From Balanoglossus misakiensis (Eukaryota > Animalia > Hemichordata): 64,000 nucleotides of DNA. Below are positions 51,201 to 61,669 of the stretch, piece after piece (within the stretch, counting starts at the first letter, position 1; every line of letters starts with the position of its first letter). A program made the translations under genes and the position numbers. The stretch lies in NCBI GenBank assembly GCA_040954595.2, contig CM082576.2:19949028-20013027 (forward strand), read 5' to 3'. Below the pieces are notes generated by a model. The model made no database searches, was not told where the DNA came from, and was given only the letters and a program-made list of their open reading frames with translations.

Positions 51201-54200
51201 CAAACACTCAAAATTAATACGCGCGACACTGGCCACTAAGCTCTGGCCTGGCTAATCAATGTTGACGCAAGGGTTGACCCCACCAAACACTCAAAATTGA
51301 TGGGCACGACACTGGCCACTAGCTCTGGCCTGGCTACTCAAGGTTGACGCAAGGGTTGACCCCACCAAACACTCAAAATTAATACACGCGACACTGGCCA
51401 CTAAGCTCTGGCCTGGCTAATCAATGTTGACGCAAGGGTTGACACCACCAAACACTCAAAATTGATGGGCACGACACTGGCCACTAGCTCTGCATGGCCT
51501 GGCTAATCAATGTTGACGCAAAGAATGACCCCACCAAACACTCAAAATTGATGGGCACGACACTTGCCACTAGCTCTGCATGGCCTGGTTAATCAATGTT
51601 GACGCAAAGGTTGACCCCACCAAACACTCAAAATTGATGGGCACGACACTGGCCACTAGCTCTGCATGGCCTGGTTAATCAATGTTGACGCAAAGGTTGA
51701 CCCCACCAAACACTCAAAATTGATGGGCACGACACTGGCCACTAGCTCTGCATGGCCTGGCTAATCAAGGCCTGGCTAATCAAGGTTGATGCAAAGGTTG
51801 ACCCCACCAAACACTCAAAATTGATGGGCACGACACAGGCCACTAGCTCTGGCCTGGCTAATCAAGGCCTGGCTAATCAAGGTTGACGCAAAGGTTGACC
51901 CCACCAAACACTCAAAATTGATGGGCACGACACTGGCCACTAGCTCTGGCCTGGCTAATCAAGGTTGACGCAAAGGTTGACCCCACCAAACACTCAAAAT
52001 TGATGGGCACGACACTGGCCACTAGCTCTGCATGGCCTGGCTAATCAAGGTTGACGCAAAGGTTGACCCCACAAAAACACTCAAAATTGATGGGCACGAC
52101 ACTGGCCACTAGCTCTGCATGGCCTGGCTAATCAAGGTTGACGCAAAGATTGACCCCACCAAACACTCAAAATTGATGGGCACGACACTGGCCACTAGCT
52201 CTGCATGGCCTGGCTAATCAAGGCCTGGCTAATCAAGGTTGATGCAAAGGTTGACCCCACCAAACACTCAAAATTGATGGGCACGACACTGGCCACTAGC
52301 TCTGGCCTGGCTAATCAAGGTTGACGCAAAGGTTGACCCCACCAAACACTCAAAATTGATGGGCACGACACTGGCCACTAGCTCTGGCCTGGCTAATCAA
52401 GGTTGACGCAAGGGTTGACCCCACCAAACACTCAAAATTAATGGGCGCGACACTGGCCACTAAGCTCTGGCATGGCTAATCAATGTTGACGCAAGGGTTG
52501 ACCCCACCAAACACTCAAAATTGATGGGCACGACACTGGCCACTAGCTCTGGCCTGGCTAATCAAGGTTGACGCAAGGGTTGACCCCACCAAACACTCAA
52601 AATTAATGGGCGCGACACTGGCCACTAGCTCTGGCCTGGCTAATCAAGGTTGACGCAAGGGTTGACCCCACCAAACACTCAAATTTAATGGGCGCGACAC
52701 TGGCCACTAGCTCTGGCCTGGCTAATCAATGTTGACGCAAGGGTTGACCCCACCAAACACGCAAAATTGATGGGCACGACACTGGCCACTAGCTCTGGCC
52801 TGGCTAATCAATGTTGACGCAAGGGTTGACCCCAGCAAACACTCAAAATTAATACGCGCGACACTGGCCACTAAGCTCTGGCCTGGCTAATCAATGTTGA
52901 CGCAAGGGTTGACCCCACCAAACACTCAAAATTGATGGGCACGACACTGGCCACTAGCTCTGGCCTGGCTACTCAAGGTTGACGCAAGGGTTGACCCCAC
53001 CAAACACTCAAAATTAATACACGCGACACTGGCCACTAAGCTCTGGCCTGGCTAATCAATGTTGACGCAAGGGTTGACACCACCAAACACTCATAATTGA
53101 TGGGCACGACACTGGCCACTAGCTCTGGCTGGCTAATCAAGGTTGACGCAAGGGTTGACCCCACCAAACACTCAAAATTGATGGGAACGACACTGGCCAC
53201 TAACCTCTGGCCTGGCTAATCAATGTTGACGCAAAGGTTGACCCCACCAAACACTCAAAATTGATGGGCACGACACTGGCCACTAGCTCTGGCCTGGCTA
53301 ATCAATGTTGACGCAAGGGTTGACCCCACCAAACACTCAAAATTGATGGGCACGACACTGGCCACTAGCTCTGGCCTGGCTAATCAATGTTGACGCAAGG
53401 GTTGACCCCACCAAACACTCAAAATTGATGGGCACGACACTGGCCACTAGCTCTGGCCTGGCTAATCAATGTTGACGCAAGGGTTGACCCCACCAAACAC
53501 TCAAAATTGATGGGCACGACACTGGCCACTAGCTCTGGCCTGGCTAATCAATGTTGACGCAAGGGTTGACCCCACCAAACACTCAAAATTGATGGGCACG
53601 ACACTGGCCACTAGCTCTGGGCTGGCTAATCAATGTTGACGCAAAGGTTGACCCCACCAAACACTCAAAATTGATGGGCACGACACTGGCCACTAGCTCT
53701 GGGCTGGCTAATCAATGTTGACGCAAAGGTTGACCCCACCAAACACTCAAAATTAATGGGCACGACACTGGCCACTAGCTCTGCATGGCCTGGCTAATCA
53801 ATGTTGACGCAAATGTTGACCCCACCAAACACTCAAAATTGATGGGCACGACACTGGCCACTAGCTCTGCATGGCCTGGCTAATCAATGTTGACGCAAAT
53901 GTTGACCCCACCAAACACTCAAAATTGATGGGCACGACACTGGCCACTAGCTCTGCATGGCCTGGTTAATCAATGTTGACGCAAAGGTTGACCCCACCAA
54001 ACACTCAAAATTGATGGGCACGACACTGGCCACTAGCTCTGCATGGCCTGGTTAATCAATGTTGACGCAAAGGTTGACCCCACCAAACACTCAAAATTGA
54101 TGGGCACGACACTGGCCACTAGCTCTGCATGGCCTGGTTAATCAATGTTGACGCAAAGGTTGACTCCACCAAACACTCAAAATTGATGGGCACGACACTG

Positions 54201-55225
54201 GCCACTAGCTCTGCATGGCCTGGTTAATCAATGTTGACGCAGAGGTTGACGCCACCAAACACTCAAAATTAATGGGCACGACACTGGCCACTAGCTCTGC
54301 ATGGCCTGGTTAATCAATGTTGACGCAAAGGTCGACGCCACCAAACACTCAAAATTAATGGGCACGACACTGGCCACTAGCTCTGCATGGCCTGGTTAAT
54401 CAATGTTGACGCAAAGGTTGACCCCACCAAACACTCAAAATTAATGGGCACGACACTGGCCGCTAGCTCTGCATGGCCTGGTTAATCAATGTTGACGCAA
54501 AGGTTGACCCCACCAAACACTCAAAATTGATGGGCACGACACTGGCCACTAGCTCTGGCCTGGCTAATCAATGTTGACGCAAGGGTTGACCCAACCAAAC
54601 ACTCAAAATTGATGGGCACGACACTGGCCACTAGCTCTGGCCTGGCTAATCAATGTTGACGCAAGGGTTGACCCCACCAAACACTTAAAATTGATGGGCA
54701 CGACACTGGCCACTAGCTCTGGGCTGGCTAATCAATGTTGACGCAAAGGTAGACCCCACCAAACACTCAAAATTAATGGGCACGACACTGGCCACTAGCT
54801 CTGGGCTGGCTAATCAATGTTGACGCAAAGGTTGACCCCACCAAACACTCAAAATTAATGGGCACGACACTGGCCACTAGCTCTGGGCTGGCTAATCAAT
54901 GTTGACGCAAAGGTTGACCCCACCAAACACTCAAAATTAATGGGCACGACACTGGCCACTAGCTCTGCCTGGCCTGGCTAATCAATGTTGACGCAAAGGT
55001 TGACCCCACCAAACACTCAAAATTGATGGGCACGACACTGGCCACTAGCTCTGCATGGCCTGGCTAATCAAGGTTGACGCAAAGGTTGACCCCACCAAAC
55101 ACTCAAAATTGATGGGCACGACACTGGCCACTAGCTCTGCATGGCCTGGCAAATCAATGTTGACGCAAATGTTGACCCCACCAAACACTCAAAATTGATG
55201 GGCACGACACTGGCCACTAGCTCTG
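48216..55225. repeat. 7-kb satellite array of 86-bp monomers (82- and ~101-bp variants)
   Basis: Unit GCTCTGCATGGCCTGGTTAATCAATGTTGACGCAAAGGTTGACCCCACCAAACACTCAAAATT(A/G)ATGGGCACGACACTGGCCACTA, starting at 48218, 48304, 48390 and so on. Confidence 0.98.
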
Positions 55226-56259
55226 CACTACAGCCCAGTGTGCGCCCTCTTTGTCAGATATTTCCGTCCCTACTTTCATGGCCTCATGAATAATGTATGA
55301 GGCGATTTGTTACCGGCAATGGAACGTTCGCAGTTACAACAACATGAAAATGCCGGTAAGTATTACAAGACATTAAACGCATTTATAATGTTTACATCAC
55401 GTTATCATATTCTTTAAGGTCTTAAGCTAGTATTGTTATCATTCTCTGATTTCTATTCATTTAATTTCACTGAAAATCTGACCTGGTTTCAAATCGCTAT
55501 CATTGGTAACTATGTAAACAAAGAACATAGCAACCACAACCAAGACAGAAAAACGGCCGAAAAAATCAAATCTTAATGCATTATTCAAAATTTCAAAACC
55601 ATGAGAGTGTTCCTAAGACGTTTGTAACTCAGTGTTTTGATTTTCTATCCCCAAAAAGGTCATATGTAGAAATTGATCCAAGCAGAAATTCATCGAGTTT
55701 GGCGCGTTCTGCCTGCGCGTCGCTCTACCATTGATTACAATGGCACAGCTACGCAAATGTCGACTGTCAGGCAAAACATATCGGCAGATTTCTCGAGTTT
55801 GAAGCGTGAACCTATAAAACCAAAACGAGCAGATTGTTCCTTGATATCTATATAACATGTTGATATATCATTTTCGTTCTAAAATGTAAGAGTAAAAATT
55901 TTGAACGAGAGAGTTCTTGCGACAGCGCTTTGAACGCCGCGCGCGTACAGCGTTTAGGCAAAGCAGACGCACACAGAAGGAACTGCGTCCACGCGCAATA
56001 TACGTAGATTGCAGCTGATTATACTCAATCAATGTTCCGGTACTTGCAACAGTATGCCAGTACTTCGCAAAATACACAGTCTTTTATATCATCAGGTCTT
56101 CTGTAGCATCATTAAATACTGTCTGTTTGGAACTGTTTGACTGAAACAGCTTTCTAGATGACCTTTTATGTTTTCTACAACTTTTCACATTTATTCACAT
56201 TTAGGAAATGCTCCATTGTGTAACTCCATCCCAGCTGTGCTCTGGATATAACTCAAATC

Positions 56260-56610
56260 ATGCCTAACAGGAAAAGGACAAACCATTTTGACATCGGGCA
56301 GTATGCAGTCCAACAAAAAAAAGCCAGAGAAATAGCTAGAGACATACAACTTCAACAGCTGTTAGATGCTGAGTTAGCTGCAAAGACACTGCCAGAAAAG
56401 GTTAAGAGCAAGTCAGAGAATAGATACAAGCTAGGGGCATGGGCAAGAGAGAGAAAGCGTAGACGTGAGGAAGAGGTAGCTCAGTACAGAGAGAAAATGC
56501 AGAAATTAGATGCAAAGAGGAGACTAGTCGACAGGGCCAGTAAGCAACTAAACAGGCTAGCAAAGAAGCAAAGGAGATTAGCTGGAAATAGGGTTAAGCT
56601 TAATCAGGAG
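56260..56610 (+). CDS. Transposase coding exon 1 (basic, coiled-coil/NLS-like, 117 aa)
   Basis: ATG at 56260; ends CAGGAG|GTAAGG, phase 0; K/R-rich (RERKRRREEE). Confidence 0.7.
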
Positions 56611-56829
56611 GTAAGGTAATTATATAGATGGAATTTAGCTTCATTTCAGATTTTCACAAGATTTATGATTACAAGCAGAATAGGAAAATATCCACCAAAT
56701 TAAAGTTTGTATACTTTAAATTATATTACAACTAAGTGAATCATAAAACATTTTGACCTTGCTTTAATGTATATGATATGATTTTATGTGTGTTTGTTTT
56801 CTAAATTCTGAACTACAGCTTTGAAACAC

Positions 56830-57405
56830 CTCCCTGCTTGACCTTGGCATAACACTGGGGTTTCCATTTATGCATATTGCTTGCTCATGTGACATTGCCT
56901 CTCTGTTTGACCTTGGCATGGCACTGGGATTTCCATTCATGTGTATTGCTTGATCATGTGATATTCTCTCTCTGTTTGACCTTGGCATGACACTGGGGTT
57001 TCCATTCATGTGTATTGCTTGCTCATGTGACATGGCCTCCATGTTTGACCTTGGCATGACACGTGGGTTTCCATTTATGTGTATTGCTTGCTCATGTGAC
57101 ATGGCCTCCATGTTTGACCTTGGCATGACACTGGGGTTTCCATTTATGTGTATTGCTTGCTCATGTGACATGGCCTCCATGTTTGACCTTGGCATGACAC
57201 TGGGATTTCCATTCATGTGTATTGCTTGATCATGTGATATTCTCTCTCTGTTTGACCTTGGCATGACACTGGGGTTTCCATTCATGTGTATTGCTTGCTC
57301 ATGTGACATGGCCTCCATGTTTGACCTTGGCATGACACTGGGGTTTCCATTCATGTGTATTGCTTGCTCATGTGACATTGCCTACCTGTTTGACCTTGGC
57401 ATGAC
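56830..57405. repeat. 69-bp minisatellite (~8 copies) in transposase intron
   Basis: TTGACCTTGGCAT recurs every 69 bp (GACCTT at 56840, 56909, ...). Confidence 0.95.
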
Positions 57406-57438
57406 AATGAAAATCTGTTTTGTATTCATTTATTAAAG

Positions 57439-59718
57439 ATTGCAGATTTGACATCCCCAAAGAAACAGAAGTGGGTTCATAAAAGCAGCCAGGTTTGTGC
57501 TAATAACAGTGAATGCCTCACACTGTCCAGAAGTCAGCAACATGAACGCAGAAGTCAGACTCTTCATGCAGCTACAGTCATACACCAGTCATCATCAGGA
57601 ACAGATATATCTGCAGGGAGACATGTCAGTGCAAATCCACCAAAATCAGCTCTTGATGGGCTATGGTATACTTTGATCAACAGTGCCACTCCACGTCGAA
57701 TGGAAAAGTACCTTCAATCATCAATGAAAATAAATGAATTGGTCATACCAACTTTGATAAAGAAATCAATATCTGAATTTGAGAAAAGTGAAGGTAATTT
57801 GACTAGGAGTGTGCAAGTGTTGTATCAGAATGGGGTTTTGTCAAAACGCAAATACAATGCCTTACGTAATAGTGAGTTGAATCTGTCTAAATTAAAACAA
57901 CCTAGAAAAGTGTTGCAATTTCACTTTAGGTGTAACATACCAAGGTTACTTTCCTACAACAAGGTCACTGAATATACACGTGGTTTAGATATAGGAAGTC
58001 TTGAACCAATTGTAACAGATGCAAACAAAGTAGTGGGTATGAAGCGAAATACAGAGCAGATGCTCTTTAAAGTTGCTGACATGTATCTTTGCTTGAGTGA
58101 GCACCACCCTAACATCCTAAATTGGTTTGGCAAACCGAAGGGCACTTTCCAACTTGCTGTTGGTGCTGATGGGGCTCCTTTTGGAAAATATGGTCAGGCA
58201 ACTTCCTGGCTTGTCAGTTTCATCAATGTGGGCCACAGATTAGCAAGCCCTGATGATAATTTCTTGTTGCTAGGGGCTAATCTGAAGGAAGATGACCCAG
58301 TCCTGATAGATTATGCTAAAAACCTAGCCAAAGAGTTTGAGATCATAGAGGCCAAACAATACACTTTACATGGCCTGAGTGTAAAGTTTAATGTATCTTT
58401 GCTGCCATTTGATCAAAAGGGATTAGCCTCAGTTTCTGGTGAGTTATCTAATGCTGCTGAGTATTTCAGTTCCTTTGCTAATGTAACAAAAGGTAGCATA
58501 GATGAAATAGGGGCAGATATAGGGCCAGGGAAATTTTGGTCAGAGTGGAGCTATAAGAAAAGAGTAACAGATGCTAATGCAGTGGCAAAATTCAAAGCAA
58601 ATTTGACAAAGAAAACAGGTAAGCCTGAAACATCGACAGATCGCTCTAAGGTCACACGTTTCATTGCCTCCAGAAAATCCCGACAGGAATATATTCCACC
58701 CCTGGGTAAGTATATACAGTGTGCCAAGATAGAACCCCTACATCTAAAAAACAATGCCTGGCAGTATTTCTTTCAAAGGCTTCTTACTGATGCTGTGGCT
58801 AAGACTGACCAAAAAGTCATTGACCATGGTGTGAAATTAGAAAAGCTACCACCAAATTCATGCCTGTACAAATTCCTGCATACACTAAAATATACAGTGA
58901 GAGCAGGGAAACTATACAATCAAATTGTCAAATATTTTGCTGAGAATAAGGTTAGTACCCATGCCCAATCAGTGAGAGTTCACCGCTTTACAGGGGAAGA
59001 ATCAAGGAAGTTGGCATGGTCTTTTATGTCACTGATAGAGTGTTTTAGGGAACCCGGTATCAGTGCACAGGTGAGAGCGAAATTGTCCCTGTATGGTTAC
59101 ATTGGTGTCCTACTCAGAGATATAACATCTCTCTGTTCCAGGTTTACCCTACATGAGAGAGATATTGTAGTACTAAGGCAGAAGTGCAAATGGTACTTCA
59201 ATTTGCATGCGTTATTTCTGACCGTAAACAATACTATTTGGCATATAGGATATGTTGTTCCGTGTCATGCATCTCAAATCCACCAGCAGTTCCAAATGGG
59301 GCTTGGGCTTAATACAATGGAGGGCAGGGAGGCAAAACATCAGCGCCTTCTGGAATACAGCAATAATTCCACCCCTCAAAATAGATGGCCACTAATTTTC
59401 AGACATGAGTATGTATTGTTGTACTGGTTACGCATGCGAGACCCCGCTTCAGATAACTACAGGGGGGATGGGAGGTCAAATGCCTCCAAAGTAATAAAGT
59501 ACATCCCAGACAAATGCTTTGATGACCCATCATACTGTTATTGTGGGAATGTAAAGGAAGAGTTGTCAAATTCCTGTGAAATATGCAGCAGTAAATTTAT
59601 GTCAGAAATAAAACAGTCTGCAATTAGTGGTAAGATCTCAAAAAAAACTAAAAAAAATAATGAAATAAAATGTGAAAGTTTGAATTTCATGATTCAAAAC
59701 AATTATTACTGTACATGA
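57439..59718 (+). CDS. DDE transposase exon 2 (RAG1/Transib/CMC-like catalytic core)
   Basis: The acceptor TAAAG|ATT at 57438 joins in frame to exon 1. Putative triad: GADGAPF (GAT 58168), PFDQK (GAT 58411), MEGREAKH (GAG 59329). EPLH parallels RAG1 DALH. C-terminal CYCG..CEIC. No internal stops. Confidence 0.85.
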   Translation: MADLTSPKKQKWVHKSSQVCANNSECLTLSRSQQHERRSQTLHAATVIHQSSSGTDISAGRHVSANPPKSALDGLWYTLINSATPRRMEKYLQSSMKINELVIPTLIKKSISEFEKSEGNLTRSVQVLYQNGVLSKRKYNALRNSELNLSKLKQPRKVLQFHFRCNIPRLLSYNKVTEYTRGLDIGSLEPIVTDANKVVGMKRNTEQMLFKVADMYLCLSEHHPNILNWFGKPKGTFQLAVGADGAPFGKYGQATSWLVSFINVGHRLASPDDNFLLLGANLKEDDPVLIDYAKNLAKEFEIIEAKQYTLHGLSVKFNVSLLPFDQKGLASVSGELSNAAEYFSSFANVTKGSIDEIGADIGPGKFWSEWSYKKRVTDANAVAKFKANLTKKTGKPETSTDRSKVTRFIASRKSRQEYIPPLGKYIQCAKIEPLHLKNNAWQYFFQRLLTDAVAKTDQKVIDHGVKLEKLPPNSCLYKFLHTLKYTVRAGKLYNQIVKYFAENKVSTHAQSVRVHRFTGEESRKLAWSFMSLIECFREPGISAQVRAKLSLYGYIGVLLRDITSLCSRFTLHERDIVVLRQKCKWYFNLHALFLTVNNTIWHIGYVVPCHASQIHQQFQMGLGLNTMEGREAKHQRLLEYSNNSTPQNRWPLIFRHEYVLLYWLRMRDPASDNYRGDGRSNASKVIKYIPDKCFDDPSYCYCGNVKEELSNSCEICSSKFMSEIKQSAISGKISKKTKKNNEIKCESLNFMIQNNYYCT

Positions 59719-59909
59719 AATGTACCAGATAGTTTTAGATTTGTATATAACTGTAAGAGAGTTTGTTGTAAATAATCTTTCATTATGAATGTCACAGATT
59801 TTGTGCTGCTTGTATTGTATTGTTCAAAATATGTATATAGCTTTTTAATCATCCTTTGAAACTAGCTGCTTATGTCAGCTCTGTAGATAACCATGTTTCA
59901 AAATAAGTG

Positions 59910-59915
59910 AATAAA
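59910..59915 (+). promoter_or_regulatory. Candidate polyadenylation signal of transposase gene
   Basis: AATAAA ~190 nt after the stop codon. Confidence 0.35.
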
Positions 59916-60086
59916 AACTGAATGATAAATGATTCACCCACAGCTATTCAGTTCCTATAAAACATGTTTTTCTTTTTTAATTTTGCTTGGACATGCAACG
60001 ATGCATGAATTCAAATGGACTGACAAAAAGTAATATAGTCAGTTCCAAGAACATGAAAAAATTTCAACAACAGTCTAAATATGATT

Positions 60087-60707
60087 TCACAAATGCTGAG
60101 CAACACCATGTTTGTTCCAGCATCCAAAATGGAAATGTATTGTCACTGTCTCGGCTGATTTCCTGTATCTGACAATCATAGGTTTATCTTCGGTGCAGAT
60201 AACTTCCACCCGCTTACCCTTTACTGTCTTCACCAGAAGTTGTTGGTTTTCATAGTTGACACCTCTACCCAGCACGTAATTCACTTTGTTGATCCAGGTA
60301 AATCGAAAGGTAGCAATACATGGAGTTTCCCGATCATAAATTCCCATTGAATTACGGGTGGCGCACTTTCGAAATACATCGAAAACTTCCATAGGAACAT
60401 TCCTACCAAAACTGCACTTCCATGGGTTGCGCACTGAGGGTGATGGCTTCATTCTCTGCATAATTGTTGAGCGCCAGTGACGCATCTCCCGTTCGAATAC
60501 AGGATACACCGGAATCTGCTGTATCTTCGCAAGCTCCACCATCGTTGCACTACGTTTGCGAACTGTTACATCAACAGCAGCATCGAGATCATCAAAACAA
60601 TCATGTAGGTTGATCGAACGGTCGATATTTGTCCTCAATAACTGAAATTTGGCCTCACGCAGCTTACGTTTCACTGTTTTAGAAACATCGATCATGGACG
60701 CCGCCAT
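60087..60707 (-). CDS. Intronless 206-aa protein of unknown function, convergent partner of the transposase
   Basis: Intact ORF with higher GC than its flanks and strong start context AAAATGGCGGCG, 105 bp inside the right TIR. Confidence 0.75.
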   Translation of the reverse strand: MAASMIDVSKTVKRKLREAKFQLLRTNIDRSINLHDCFDDLDAAVDVTVRKRSATMVELAKIQQIPVYPVFEREMRHWRSTIMQRMKPSPSVRNPWKCSFGRNVPMEVFDVFRKCATRNSMGIYDRETPCIATFRFTWINKVNYVLGRGVNYENQQLLVKTVKGKRVEVICTEDKPMIVRYRKSAETVTIHFHFGCWNKHGVAQHL

Positions 60708-60812
60708 TTTGTATATACGATGCTAGGAACGTGACCCCAGCGTATGACCTCAATTAACATATTTCCGCTTCGCGGAATAGCGGACAAATGAACACACTTC
60801 TGGGCCGCAGTG

Positions 60813-61390
60813 CTGCATTTTTGGAGTGGTCGAAAGTTTTAACATACAATCAACATGTCATATATGATCAGGGCACCAAATTCGAAGAACAAAGGTTTTT
60901 TTATTTTTTTTCTAAAAATGACATTTTCAAGGAAAATTTGGTAAAACGCAATTTCGTCTGCAGTGAGCCAAATTAGACTGTATTTTGTGGAATTTGTATC
61001 GATATATACATACGAAGAGCATTCTATACTCCATCAGATTTCCGAAAATGTAGAAAACAGGTATTTTTTGTAATTTTCAAAAATTTACCATTTTGACCAA
61101 ATTGTGGCTAAAATTGTTATTTTCGTGTTGAATGCCGCCAGTGTCACTGCTTTTAAAAGTCATCAAAACTTTTAACATACAAGCAATTGTTTATATATGA
61201 TCAGGTCACCGAATTAAAAAAATAAAGAATGTTTTCCCTAAAAATGACCTTTTTGGTGCAAAAACGAATAAAACGCAATTTTGTATTAAATCAGCTCATT
61301 CAGAGTGCATTTTTTATAATCAGCACCATTTTTTACATATAATGGAAATTTCATACATCATCAGATATCCAAATATGAAAAAATGATTTA
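60813..61390 (+). repeat. AT-rich repeat family; 60814-61050 is duplicated near-identically at 63760-64000
   Basis: TGCATTTTTGGAGTGGTCGAAAGTTTTAACATACAATC at both places; a diverged further unit at ~61150-61380. Confidence 0.85.
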
Positions 61391-61669
61391 GATTTTAGAT
61401 GATTGTCCAAAATTAGCTGATATCTAATAAATGTAGTATTGAACCGTTCCGTCCCCCCCCTACATTATATGCGGTACGCCGATGTCAGCTTACCCGGCAG
61501 TACTGCAGGCCGTGCCCCCAACTAACGTCGGTGTTTGAAACGCCCTGGTTAAATTCGGGCTCTCTCTATAAATTGACAGGCAATAATGCAGTCCTACCCG
61601 AACAAATGTCGAGTGTTGACCCGCTGTGACTTTCCCTCTTCGGTTTGCCCGACTTAGCCAACGTCTTTG

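Larger units (their letters stand above)
55226..60812 (+). mobile_element. Full-length two-gene DNA transposon, Transib/RAG1-CMC-like superclade, 5587 bp
   Basis: TIRs CACTACAGCCCAG and (reverse complement) CACTGCGGCCCAG, with a second conserved block TTTGTC.G.TATT at position 25 of both ends. CTG on both flanks. Encloses the transposase and a convergent ORF. Confidence 0.85.

Noticed and set aside
48216-55225. CRISPR-like array
   Set aside because: There are no unique spacers; whole monomers repeat, the context is eukaryotic, and no cas genes are present.
55345-55356. ATGAAAATGCCG|GTAAGT as first coding exon of the transposase
   Set aside because: Splicing to the acceptors at 56204 or 56234 is out of frame with the 56260 ORF; at most a 5'UTR exon with a uORF.
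56764-57378. 204-aa repetitive protein on the minus strand
   Set aside because: Product of a 69-bp minisatellite within a predicted intron; no independent coding evidence.
60087-60707. RAG2/RAG2L assignment for the convergent ORF
   Set aside because: Too short for a six-bladed Kelch propeller and lacks GG Kelch motifs and a PHD finger.
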